DNA from: Octopus sinensis
Taxonomy: Eukaryota
DNA length: 64,000 bases
Reading direction: 5' to 3'
NCBI RefSeq assembly: GCF_006345805.1
Contig: NC_043002.1
Span: 71,238,001 to 71,302,000, forward strand
Positions 39,714 through 52,770 of the stretch are shown piece after piece (position 1 is the stretch's first letter; every line of letters starts with the position of its first letter). The notes beneath the pieces were generated by a model. That model did not search any database, was not told the DNA's origin, and worked only from the letters and a program-made list of their open reading frames with translations. Position numbers and translations under genes: made by a program.

Positions 39714-42000
39714 ACTATTCTTTAATGAAATATGGCACAAGTGTTGTTAGGAGAAAAAAGAACAGCAAAATTTATAATTACGGAAGAAAATATGTAGGCA
39801 AAAGAAGCTCGTTAGAAATTGTGACTTAATTTCATATAATATTTTATCGTCATCAAAATGGTGGAAAATACTGAATAATTTTGTCTTAGATACACAGTCA
39901 CCAAAAAAAAACGGTGATATATTCGTAGCTGAAACGGTAGATTACAGGTCTGAGTAGTTAGAAGTGTCATAGCGTCAAACCATAAAAACTACAAAAATTA
40001 GTTGTTTTAAATGCTGAGAAGTTGAAGATTTGAGGATCGAAGCAGGCTTCATGATCAGCAAATGTCCCAGTGATGTAGAACCATATCGATGAGCTTAGTC
40101 ACGTGGTGTGATCATTGTTTAAATCAACTGTCGATTCAATAAACGGAAGGGGTGACAAGATATTACCTTACCTTATATTGCTCTTTCAACTAGTGCTGTA
40201 GAGCCTTCTTTGTGAATAGACTTCGACCAGGAAGAGAAATCGGTTTTGAGAATCGACTCATAGAGGTCGCGCCACGCGGCAAAACAATTTTGCTTCAAAA
40301 CATAAATCGGTCAGATAATATATATTGTCGATATCTGAAAAATGTATACGGGAAAATATAGATAAACAATAACAAGCAAAATAAAATACATAGAAAAGAA
40401 ATAAATATCCGTAGATTAATGATTTACGGTCGATCAGGTTTAATCTATCAGATCACTAGGATATTGATAATAAGAAAGAACAGTTAAACTTGTTTTTGTA
40501 GCATTATGGTATCAGCTTTGTCTGAGAGATATAATTTAGTATAGGAATAGTGTAGGAATCGATTAGCATGTGGCGTGTATTTCATTCTGGATTGCTGAAA
40601 GTGAGGTGAGCTTAAGAGAGAAAATCTAAAAGAAATAAATAAATAAGAACATAAATAGTGATGTGTGGTGAAACCAATACAGTAATAATGATATCTGATA
40701 TATGCATAAGAGTAAGACACACATAATGCTAAATCGTGAGATGACGAACGATGGACAAAAGATTACAGTGTGTAACCGTTCCAGAGTACAGTGACATTGT
40801 GTCCACTTAATATTATCTATTGGATATCAGTCTAATTGCCATGATATCGCGATCTATTTGAAAGCAGCCCTGTAATAAACCGTGTTGTCAATAATCGACT
40901 TAGCTTTGATATACCTATTAGAAATCGACTCAGCAGAGTTGGTTCATAGTTGATGAATCAAGGTAAAATTTATTTTTAGTGTTATATTTACAATCCAAAT
41001 CTTTATAGAGTTTACTTTAAAAGGATTGCTGATAGGGAAAATGAAACAGAAGTAAAAATATTTTCCATATCTTTTGTATACGCAGAGGGAATGCATATAT
41101 GGAAATAATGTTAAACTATTCCAAATGGAAATCGAAATCAGATAAGCATTTTTTCTAAATCTTTGTTCAAAACATTGGGATTCGAGAGGATAAAAATAAA
41201 GAACGTTATAATCAACTCACTATAATTCTAGAACGCTGCATAGAATCAAATGCTTCTACGACATCTCTCTCGTTTTCCCGACTCTCTTTTTCTCTTTCTT
41301 TCTCTCTCGTTCAATATTTATATTCATCTCAGTTGCTTTCTGTTCTTCTCACAGGATAAGTCGCTCACCTCACACAGTAAAAAGGAAAAAAAAAAGCACT
41401 TTCTAGCTAGGTAAACAAATCTAAAAGGTATTAGTGAATTATGCAACGCAGTGGTGCGATAAATAGAATTCATGTTTTCATATTTAGTTTTGAAATCTGA
41501 GTTATCCATGAATTTATGATCAACGTGACTGACTTCACAGGGTCGAAGAAACTAGTGTGTTCACACCCATGTCATTATAAAGAAATTTATTATAAAGAAA
41601 TAGTTATTATCGTGGTTTGAAGATAAACTGCAGGCTTATTTCGAATTCAAATGGAGCTGGAACTTCTTTTCAATTCTAAAGAACACTCTATAAAATGGTC
41701 TTTATATGCTAGACACATCAGCCAAATTTCTCTTGAATTATCTCGAATAATAACAAACTTTGAGATACGAGATAGACTTCAAGTTGGCTTCCGTCATAGG
41801 TCTGCTCGAAGCGACAGGAGGATACTAAGCCTACAGCAGGCAACTTGAAATAGTGTATACTTTTATCCACGTATAATTTCATAAAACAATATTTAGATAT
41901 AAGATATAATAGTTAAGTGTATCACATTAAAATTTATCAACTCTTTAGCGAGTAGATTTTGTTTCGTATGTATGCTAGGCTCATGTCTGGTATCATCTCA

Positions 42001-42250
42001 CATCTATCTGTCTGTCAGTCTATCAGTCTATTTACCTGTCTGCCTGTCCGCCTGTGTGTCTATCAGTGAATCTATCTGTCCGTCTGTCTATCTATCTATC
42101 AATCTATCTGTCCGTATGTCTCTCTGTCTATGAATTTATCTGTCTGTCTATCTGTTTGTCTGTCCGTCTGTCTGTCTGTCTATCAATCAATCTATTTGTC
42201 CGTCTGTCGGTCTATTTATCTGTCTGCTTATTTATCTGTCTATATCTATT
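42001..42250. repeat. Degenerate (TCTG/TCTA)n tetranucleotide array
   Basis: Direct reading. Confidence 0.9.
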
Positions 42251-42530
42251 TCTGTTTTTGTGGGGGGTATATACAGTGATATACGTGTATGTATGTATAT
42301 GAACGATGCCAGGTTTGTGATGTTAGGGAGATGTAAGTAGATGAACAGGCTGCTCAGATTGGTTCAACTGATATCACCTAAAACATATTCATGGATGACG
42401 TAACAATACTAATAAGAGACAAAAACGATACGAAAATAGTTCTGTCTCGACCATTTTTTGTACAGGTAAATACATTATTCAATGAAATTCCAGTATTATG
42501 TGAGTTACACGTATTTATTGCACGTTTAAT

Positions 42531-42591
42531 CATGATAATAATAATAATCATAATAATAATTATAATAATAATGATAATAATAATAATAATG

Positions 42592-42655
<64 letters not shown>
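42531..42655. repeat. (AAT)n microsatellite
   Basis: Direct reading. Confidence 0.95.
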
Positions 42656-42657
<2 letters not shown>

Positions 42658-43249
42658 TATTTTATCACATTAATACAGTATTAAATATTATGATAATATA
42701 AGTACTTTCGTGTTTTCCACAATCTTCAGATTTATTTAGTTACAGTGTTAAGAGAGTTGTGTTTTTCAATTGATATCCGTAGTGAAATTACTGAATCTGC
42801 CCTCTAAATACCTTCTGGTAGGTTCAAGTGTATTGCTTCTTAGAATCAGCATGCAGCCTTGACGTCACAGTTTGGTGAGTGCGCCAACACATTTTGATAT
42901 TAATAGTGCCTTAGTTATAGAAACATTTCAACCAATCACCGAGCAGGTTAGGTGGCACGGCTAGGTATGCGCGCAAACACAGTTTAGCGTTCATTCATAA
43001 AAACTGGTTAGTCATAATAATCTGTAAAGGATTCAGTTATATTTAGATGTTGGGAAATACTCGATGCTATAAACTACATCCCTGCCTTAAAGGAATTTAA
43101 TGTTAATCTTAAGAGTAATATTTGAGTTCAAATTCCGCCTAAGTCTAATAAATAAGAAGCAGTTGAGTGCTGGAATCTGTGTAATCGACTTATCATCTCT
43201 CTCAAAATTTTTGGCTTTGACCTGAAATTTCAAATAATCAAGTTGGTCA

Positions 43250-43680
43250 CATTTTCCACTCTCTTTCCAGAGTCTGCAGTTCTCAGTGTCATAAGCTTTA
43301 TAGATGTTATTCTTCACTGAAATAGTAGCGAGAGCTTGGTCTTGTGCAGCAATGATCAGGCTTTCGGTGGTACGCTTCAAATCACTTCGTTCAAGCCATG
43401 CCCACGATGCAGTATTATCCTTAATATCTAGTGTATTCCTTTCAAACCTCCATGCATTCTCATTTCAAGAAGATCTACTTTTCTCTTCTCCTCAGGTCTG
43501 TCTTGTCCATCATTTCATCAGCATTTACACCCATATCTTTCGCAGCATATTGCAGCAGGTCTTCATCACTATTTATGAAATACTCGGCAAGCATTCTCCT
43601 TTCACTCCTTGCACAGTGGTCTATACTAATTAGTCCTCTGCCACCATTCTTACTTTTCATATACAGTCTGTTTACATTAT
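43250..43680 (-). mobile_element. R4/Dong-like LINE fragment
   Basis: RLYMKSKNGGRGLISI and KRTTESLIIAAQDQALAT..NCRL; abuts (TTA)n at about 43676-43762. Confidence 0.82.
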
Positions 43681-43696
43681 TATTATTGTTCTTGTG

Positions 43697-43746
<50 letters not shown>

Positions 43747-44093
43747 GATTATTATGATTATTACAACGGAATTGAACTCCTCAAAAACACTGTTGTGCCT
43801 TACTCTTTCGTCTACATTACTTGAGATCTACACTTTGTAAAATAAGAATGTCATAAACATATTCTAATCACATATTTATAAATAGGCGAGTACCTGAATC
43901 TGACGAACATTACGGACCATAATTCCTTGTCTGTACATTCGTGAAAGTTTGTGACAGATTAGATTGCTGCTTTGCCAGGTCGTATTTCTATCTGTTTTGA
44001 CTTCATATTTTGTTAATATGCTGGCCAATATGTCTGAACTGACATGTACCACATCGTCTGTCATTGCGTTTGAATAATACTATGTCGTGTTCC

Positions 44094-44133
<40 letters not shown>

Positions 44134-44297
44134 CCTACATTCATACATAGAAATATACACATACACATACATACAACATACACACACAAAAAGAGTGTGA
44201 CTAAATACATTCATTCCCTATGTATGTATGTATGTATGTATGTATGTATGTATGTATATGTATTTATGTATATATATATATATATATGTGTGTGTGC

Positions 44298-44356
<59 letters not shown>

Positions 44357-45038
44357 CATACATACATTCATACATGGAGAAACACGTATATTCATACATA
44401 CACACAAAGAAAGGACGGATAGAGGAAAACACAGACCGAGTGACAAAGAGAGAGAGAGGAGGGGTGAGAGAGATGCATTAATATTTTATTTCTTCCATGA
44501 CCTCGCAAATTGATCTACTGACAGGAAATATATCAACTAGACCTATCATTTTGGGAATATGTGTGTTCCCTCGTTCTGATATTTATAAAACTGAGAAATA
44601 CAAAAAAATATTCATCCCATTTCTCTACGCTGGAATACACACATATATATTTACATAAGCACACGCTTGCATGCAGAGACGTCAACGATCATGCATGCAT
44701 ATTCTACACATGCACATCACTCTAATAATTTACATACACATAAGCAGCCTGTCTAAATGCCATATACAGATTGCTGAATGCTTATATCTACACATATACT
44801 CTTTTACTCTTTTACTTGTTTCAGTCATTTGACTGCGACTATGCTGGGGTACCGCCTTTAGTCGAGCAAATCGACACGGGCACTTATTCTTTGTAAGCCT
44901 AGTACTTAATCTATTGGTCTATTTTGCCGAAACGCTAATTTACGGGGAAGCAAACACACCAGCATCGGTTGTGAAGCGATGTTGGGGGGACAAACACACA
45001 CACACACACCACACACACACACACATATATATATATTA

Positions 45039-45070
<32 letters not shown>

Positions 45071-45316
45071 ATATTAATTAAGGGTAGAAATTGATATTTA
45101 TCAATTAGGACCAGTGGGCTAGCATATTAAAAAAGAATCCGAAGATTAAAATATTCATATATACCAATTAAGGACTGAACACGAAAAGTGGACAGTCAAC
45201 ATGCTAGATATAGACGTCAAATCGCCATTCACCACAAAAGATTATGTTCTCAGATCAAACTCAGCACAAAACCATAGCAATAAACAAGTGAAAAATATAC
45301 GAAATAAAATAATTAC

Positions 45317-45380
45317 CCATGCACTAATTAGTTTCAGCTGTTATTTTCCGCAAGGAAAACTGCAGCCATCATCAGCATGG
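45317..45380 (-). ncRNA. Hammerhead copy with non-cleavable GTG triplet
   Basis: Same as 45815-45878 except GAAACTAATTA-GTG-catgg. Confidence 0.7.
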
Positions 45381-45814
45381 TCCGTTATAAATGTAATTTG
45401 CTGGACTAGATGCAAACACGATACCGAAATATCGCGTGCATGGAGTTCAGCCTATTACATTTGAATATATCTTTCAAATGCCTTTACTCTGGTATATATG
45501 CCTTTACTCTGGTTTACTTAATTGGTATATATGAATATTTTAATCTTCGGATTCTTTTTTAATATGCTAGACCACTGGTCCTAATTGATAAATATCAATT
45601 TCTACCCTTAATTAATTTTATATAAATAAATATGTTCTCTAACCGATAAATTGACTGCTGCTAATTATTAGCTGCAGGCTAGTTTTCTCGGGCCTCAGCG
45701 CGCCAGAGTAAAGGCATTTGAAAGATATATTCAAATGTAATAGGCTGAACTCCATGCACGCGATATTTCGGTATCGTGTTTGCATCTAGTCCGGCAAATT
45801 ACATTTATAACGGA

Positions 45815-45878
45815 CCATGCTGATGATGGCTGCAGTTTTCCTTGCGGAAAATAACAGCTGAAACTAATTAGTACATGG
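45815..45878 (+). ncRNA. Type-I hammerhead ribozyme, intact core
   Basis: ccatg-CTGATGA-tggctgcagttttccttgcggaaaataacagct-GAAA-ctaatta-GTA-catgg; palindromic stem III actaattagt; predicted cleavage after 45873. Confidence 0.85.
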
Positions 45879-46031
45879 GTAATTATTTTATTTCGTATAT
45901 TTTTCACTTGTTTATTGCTATGGTTTTGTGCTGAGTTTGATCTGAGAACATAATCTTTTGTGGTGAATGGCGATTTGACGTCTATATCTAGCATGTTGAC
46001 TGTCCACTTTTCGTGTTCAGTCCTTAATTGG

Positions 46032-46069
<38 letters not shown>

Positions 46070-46358
46070 ATATATATATACGACGGGCTTCTTCAGTTTC
46101 CCTCTACCAAATCCACTCACAAGGCTTTGGTCGACCCAAAGCTTTTGAAACAGTTGACCAAGGTGCCACGCAGTGGGACTGAACTCGGAACCATGTGGTT
46201 GGTAAGCAAGCTACTTACCACACAGCCATTCCTGCGCCTATAAAAATGATTTTAAATTAAAAGTTACTCCTAACCACGACGTGATACGATCACGCAGCTA
46301 CCCGATCTGGAGTCATACGCACTACCATTACTCCACCGGGCCCCATACATATATATAA

Positions 46359-46399
<41 letters not shown>

Positions 46400-46446
46400 G
46401 TGTGTGTGTGTGAATGTGTATGTGCGTGTGTGTATACAAATATACG

Positions 46447-46603
46447 GTCATGACTGACCATGGGATTCCACCTAGAAAGTCCGGGAAAGGTTGTTTATGG
46501 AAGACCAGCAGCCGCCCTTGCATACCGGCCTCCCCTCCCAACGCCCCCAGTGTTATCCAAGGGAAAGGCAAAGGCCGACGCTCTAACCACTGAGCCATGC
46601 GCA
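46447..46603 (-). mobile_element. Internally deleted tRNA-derived SINE
   Basis: Minus-strand head gcgcatggctcagtggttagagcgtcgg (A box) joined to a GC-rich tail; no B box. Confidence 0.55.
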
Positions 46604-47073
46604 TTCATATACACATATATATATATATGTGTGTGTGTGTGTATAAATATATATATGTGCGTGTGTATGTATATATGAATGCATGTATGTATTTTTGTGT
46701 GTGGGTACGTTTGTATGTATATTATATATATCTTTTGTCTTTTATCTTTCACTTATTTCCGTCATTAGACTGCGGTCATGCTGTAGAATGAATAGATTCC
46801 AATGCATTTTTTGAAACTCGCAGTTATACTATGGATTTCTATAGCAGGACCGCTAGGTTAGAGCGACGTAAACACAACAACATCGGTTGTCAAGCAGTGG
46901 TACAGACGGAGGACAAACACAGTCAAAAAGACACACTCACACACAAGCATTCACGCACACAAACACATACATGCATTCATACATTGTAGACACGTCTACA
47001 TGCGTGTATGTGCATGTGCAATCATGTGTGCATATATATATATATACACACACATATATAGAGAGAGAGAGCG

Positions 47074-47074
<1 letters not shown>

Positions 47075-47123
<49 letters not shown>

Positions 47124-47132
47124 GTAGATAGG

Positions 47133-47214
<82 letters not shown>
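47075..47214. repeat. (GATA)n microsatellite
   Basis: Direct reading. Confidence 0.95.
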
Positions 47215-47628
47215 TCGTGAATTCCCTCGGTTACGACGACGAGACTTCCAGTTGAAGATAGATATATATAGATATCGTGCACTCCCTCGGTTACGACGAC
47301 GAGAATTCCAGTTGATCCGATAAACAGAACAGCCTGTTCGTGCAATGAACGTGCAAGTTGCTGAGCACTCCACAGACACGTGAATCCTTAACGTAGTTCT
47401 CCGGGGGATACTGCGTGACGCAGAGTGTGACAAGACTGGCCCTTTGAAATACATGTACAACAGAAACAGGAAGAGTGAGTGAAAGTTGTGGTGGAAGAGT
47501 GCAGCAGGGGTCGCCGCTCGCCCCCTACCGGATCCTAAATAAACACTCACAATGCTCAGTCTGGGAAGCGAAACCGCGATCATACGACCGCAAATCCGCT
47601 GCCATAACCACTGGGCTATTGCACCTCC
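47215..47628 (-). mobile_element. SINE family C with a duplicated 3' end
   Basis: Reverse complement of the 63309 family; ccctcggttacgacgacgaga occurs twice (47224, 47284). Confidence 0.9.
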
Positions 47629-48477
47629 ACATATATATATACATGAAGTGATTATAATCAAATAAGCAACAAGGATATCCAGAGGTAATACAGAACGATC
47701 GTTTCATGCGACTCCATTCAATTGAACAATTCAAAAAATACATCAATTTAATATGTAGAGCAATCTTCTGCTGAACATTTGGATTCTTACAGGAACATGG
47801 GAATAAAAGATTTTGCTCTTTCAGAGGCGATTTACTTGTTAATGTCTCTGATTTCCTTTGACTAACTTCTGGATCAGAGTCCAGGAAGAAATTTTTAGAG
47901 ATGTACACAATGAAGAGACTCAAGCTGAGTGACCAACAACGGTAGTTTTCGATAGAACCTCTTTCCTTTAATCTTTCTCAATTGAAGAGTATAGTAGTTC
48001 GCATATATCTACATCGTCCAGGGATTTGTCTCCCTTACAAGGAAGAAATTTGTACACGCATCTTTGTTGTCACGGTAAGGCCTTATTGCGTAAGTAACGT
48101 CACCAGTAATGTGGATCGTAGTCTTTCGATCATAAAGATGGTCGTTGACGTTTCTGATGTTAGAATGTTAATATTCAGCAATGAAATACAGCTATGTCCG
48201 TTGCTTCTTTGTAAGAATAGTCAAAGGTTAGATCATATGGGGTAGCTGTTGGGATTATTTAGTCAATTCACGCAGCAGCCTTTCCATTGGTGCTACTTTT
48301 TAAAAGTAGTTATCAGAGCATTCAGTATTCGGGGTTATGATCCCATTGTAAAGAAATAGATGAATGTTGCGTCTATTTCTTGAAGATGGGGTCATAACTC
48401 CGAAATAATGAACATAAGGTAAGTCTACATGAATTCACATACTTGTTTTCTATGAATGAGCGTGACTATAAGTATAT

Positions 48478-48511
<34 letters not shown>

Positions 48512-48686
48512 CCACACACACGCATATATATATATTAAATCTTTCATCTGTTTCGAACATTAGATTGCTGCCATGCTGATGCCTTGTCTTGAAGTATTTT
48601 CTTAAGCCTGGTATTTATTCTATCACTCAATTTTGCCAAACCACTAGCTTACGGGGACATAAACCCACCAACACTGGTTGTCAGCC

Positions 48687-48732
<46 letters not shown>

Positions 48733-50661
48733 TTACATCTATATGTATTTACGCATATTTGTGTGTGTGTTTGTAATTATATGTGCATAAATGAATCTTT
48801 GCACTCCATATTTTCTATTTATTTGTCTCCTTACATATAATTATAGCAAAGGTTAGCTACATAAAGATATGAATAGAGGAAGATGATTAACTATATTCTA
48901 TGCGTTTATTATGTATATTCAATGGTGATATTAAAATCTCTATGTAAACATTTTTCATGTATGAAATCACTGTTCAACTGTTGTCTCTATAATATTTTTT
49001 GTCATTGTTCCAGGAAGACTCTGTATTAACCTGTCTATAATTGATATGCTTAATTAACTTCAGATACAGACGTTTGAATGCGCAATCTAAGTTTTCTTGT
49101 AGATATTAAACTGCTATCAAATTCTTACATATGCAACATACTGCGGCTCCAGTTTTGTAAGAGCTGTATTGGGCCTCACCTTTCATGACCACAATAATAT
49201 GAGTTACAATAGAAATCGTTTATAATATTCAGCACTATTCTTTCTTTTTCGATTTTCTTCCTATCTTTGTTTCTCTGATTCTGTCTTTACGTATTTCATA
49301 CACGGATAGACGTTATAAATCCGCACATATTCATATCATACGAACACATAATAATTATTCTAAGATGATTTATGTGTATTTCCACAGCCATATTTCCTGG
49401 CACAATAACGTTAATCTTCGTAATACAAGACAGAAAACATTAGCAAGGTTGATGTTAAAGACGATATTTTTTTTCTTTCTGCTCGTTCTACTTTTCTCTT
49501 GTAAGTTGCATCATTAAATATCACACATTCTTCACCTCTTCTTTATTTCTCTCTCTCTTTCTCTCGCTCACTCTGTCGTCTACTCACTGCTTCCCGTCTT
49601 TCCCTTGGTAGAGACCCATTGTCCATTCATCAACCACTCGCGTTCCGCCACCCTCTCGTTTCATAGAAATATGATCATAAGAGTAGAAATTGAAATCATG
49701 AAAGCCCACAGATTATAACCCAGTCTGGTTCACCTTCAAGTGTTCCATTATTATAAAAAGTCGGTAGTCATGGAGAGAGAAGTTTAGCAAAGCTGAAATT
49801 ATTATGAAGCAATCAATATTCCACAGCCAATTTCCCGGCGGATTTCGACGCTACAATGTCATCCGATTCTATTCAACATATACATAATTGTCAGACAGAT
49901 ACTAATATAAAGACATCATTTATTGCAATGGGATTAAAGGTCTTGTGACTCCTCTGCACACTATATCGGTAATATAGAAATAAAAGACATAATTTTATTC
50001 ATTATTCAAACAGCGTCGACCTATAGCAATAGTTAGTGCGAACAAAGAAAAATTCAAACTATAATATTAATAGTAATGACGAGTTTCTTTCGGCCAGCAG
50101 GGCCAATGTTGTAAGGAGAGAAGTGACAGTCGATATTATTGACCCTGATATATTACTAGTACTTATCTTATCGAATCAGAAAACAAAAATAGACACTTCT
50201 GACCTTGGTGAGATTTGAAAAGAGAGAAATCGAAAATGTTAAGGCGAAAAATATAGTTCATTTACTATTTCTCAAACAATAACTAAAACAATAATTAAAA
50301 CTATTGCTAATAATTTTTGTTACGATTTCTAACGTAGCTTCGAGGCAAATCTTTCGGTGAGGGGTGTTGCAGTTGCATAAATCGATCCAAGTATGGCGTT
50401 GATAATTATTTTATCGATCATAAATGGATGAAAGACAATATCGAGCTCGGTTTGATTGGCACTAACAATATAAAGAGACGTAAAAATGAAAAGCTTGGCA
50501 CAGCAGTTGATTCATTCTTTTATCTACTGCTCTGAATAACGATGAACGTGATGATGATGATAATGATGATGATGGTGATAAAATTGTTGTTGTTGCTTTT
50601 GCTGTTGTTGTTCAGTAGTTTTATAGCATGTTTGAAAGGTATCTGGAAGCGCTAATCTATT

Positions 50662-50920
50662 ACTCTCTTTACTCTTTTACTCTTTTACATGTTTCAGTCA
50701 TTTGACTGTGGTCATGCTGGAGCACCGCCTTATAGTCGAGCAAATCGACCCCAGGACTTATTCTTTGTAAGCCTAGAACTTATTCTATCGGTCGCTGTTG
50801 CCGAACAGCTAAGTTACGGCGACGTAAACACAGCAGCACCGGTTGTGAAGCGATGTTGGGGGGACAAACACAGACACACAACCATATACACACGCATACA
50901 TACATATATACATACTTACA

Positions 50921-50974
<54 letters not shown>

Positions 50975-51138
50975 ATATATATATACGACGGGGTTTTTTC
51001 AGTTTCCGTCTACCAAATAAACTTTGGTCGGCCCGAGGCTATAGTAGAAGACACTTGCCTAAATTTCCACTCAGTGGGACTAAACCCGGAACCATGTGGT
51101 TCGTAAGTAAGCTACTTACGACACAGCCACTCCTACGC
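50662..51138 (-). mobile_element. SINE family A, full length
   Basis: Homology to the other copies. Confidence 0.9.
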
Positions 51139-51155
51139 TTAATAATAATAATAAT

Positions 51156-51197
<42 letters not shown>

Positions 51198-51198
<1 letters not shown>

Positions 51199-52770
51199 TG
51201 GAATACTCTCAGATTCAATGTACGAACATCTAGGAAAAAATGGAATCCTGCCACATAAGCAGAAGGGTCCCAATCGTAAGTGCAGAGGTACCAAGGATCA
51301 ACTCCTGATAGATAAAACTGTACTCAGGGACTGCAAGAGGAAGAAAAGTAACTTAGCCATGGCATGGATCGACTATCGTAAGGCGTACGATATGATCCCA
51401 CCTTCCTTGATTATGGAGTGTATGAACCTGTTTGGGATTGCATCGAATGTTGAGCGATTTCTTAGAAAAAGTATGGGGAATTTGGAAGACGGACCTGACA
51501 GCATTCGGAAGAAGTTTAGGGACAGTAGAAATTAGGAGGGGCATCTTCCAAGGAGACTGCCTGATCTTTGTACCGTGCTTGATACCACTGACACTGATTC
51601 TGAGGAAAGCAAAAGTGGGTATGCATTCAAAAGCCGCCAACAAAAAGCCAGCCATTTGTTATCCATGGATGACCTCAAACTTTATGATAAAGATGAAGCC
51701 CAAGTCAGTTACCTCGTTGATACAGTGTATACTTTCAGTGCTGATAGCAGAATGGAGTTCGAACTGAGCAAGTGTGATATGTTAGTATTGAAGACAGGCA
51801 AAATAAAATGTATGGACGGACTAACGATACAGTCGGGGAAGTTTATGAAGCAGATAGAAGAGACGGGCTATAAGTATTTGGGGATTTTGGAAATGAATAA
51901 ATTAATGGAGAAAGAAATGACAGGAAAATTTAAGGTAGAGTACTTACGCAGACTGAGACTGATCCTTAAATCGAAATTAAACGGACTGAATAAGATCGAA
52001 GCTATTAACACCTGGGAAGTTTCACTACTTAGATATGAAGCAGGGGTAATGGTATGGATAGTAGACGAACTAAACAGCTTAGACAGAAAGACAAGAAATT
52101 TGCTAACTAGATATGGGTTACTCCACCCCAAAATTGGCACAGACAGACTATATGTACCAAGCAAAAGAGGGGGAAAAGGACTTATTGGATGCAAACACAG
52201 CATTAGAGCAGAAGGAAACAACATAGCATGGTATGTAAAAATGCCACAGAACCGCTATTGTTAGAAGTATGAAGGTCAGGCGTGTGTAAAGATGAAAGAT
52301 TGCAAAGATAAAGCACTATAAAAGAAATTGAAAACTAATGAAACTGAAAATAGGTGGTTAAAGAAAATAATGTATGTTCAATTTCATAGGGATGTTGAAG
52401 ATAAGACAGACAAAAAATGGATGGCTATGGATGACTAAAAGTGATTTAAAACCGGAAACGAAGGCTCTAATCTATGCTGCCTATGAGCAAGCTGTAAGAA
52501 CAAACTACATAAAATACAGAATAGAAAACATCAGAAAGTGATAAGTGCAGAATCTGTGGAAAAACGGTGAAATCGTATGGCATTTTACCAGCCAATGTAC
52601 GCCACTAACCCAGAAGGAATATGACAACGCCATGACAATGTAGTCAGGCTTGTCCATTGGACACGTTGCAACAAGTATGGACTTCACAGAGCCAAAAACC
52701 TGAAGGCATTGTCGAAAATAGAAATGCAAAGATCCTATGAGATTTTATGATTCAGTGAGACCATAAGATT
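51198..52770 (+). mobile_element. R4/Dong-like LINE, decayed RT to CCHC region (copy 1)
   Basis: [62 protein letters not shown]. Begins right after (AAT)n; same family as 7800-8650. Confidence 0.92.

Larger units (their letters stand above)
45073..46036 (+). mobile_element. Young non-coding pLTR/retrozyme-like element: about 506-bp unit preceded by an inverted truncated copy
   Basis: cttaattggtatata recurs at 45517 and 46023; 45073-45172 is inverted at about 45517-45614; about 45160-45492 is inverted at 45703-46036, nearly identical (twin 87-aa ORFs differ at 2 residues); flanked by (TA)n. Confidence 0.88.
44798..46238 (-). mobile_element. SINE family A split by a hammerhead-bearing insertion (tail 44798-45000, head 46080-46238)
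   Basis: The halves are colinear either side of the (TA)n tracts. Confidence 0.88.

Noticed and set aside
43894-44064. First coding exon MTDDVVHVSS.. on the minus strand
   Set aside because: Weak donor (GTACTC) and no recognisable homology.
45201-45994. Twin 87-aa ORFs as a gene pair
   Set aside because: A by-product of the inverted repeat, antisense to the hammerhead, with no recognisable domain.
47690-48420. Possible decayed retroelement coding sequence
   Set aside because: No motif I could identify with confidence.
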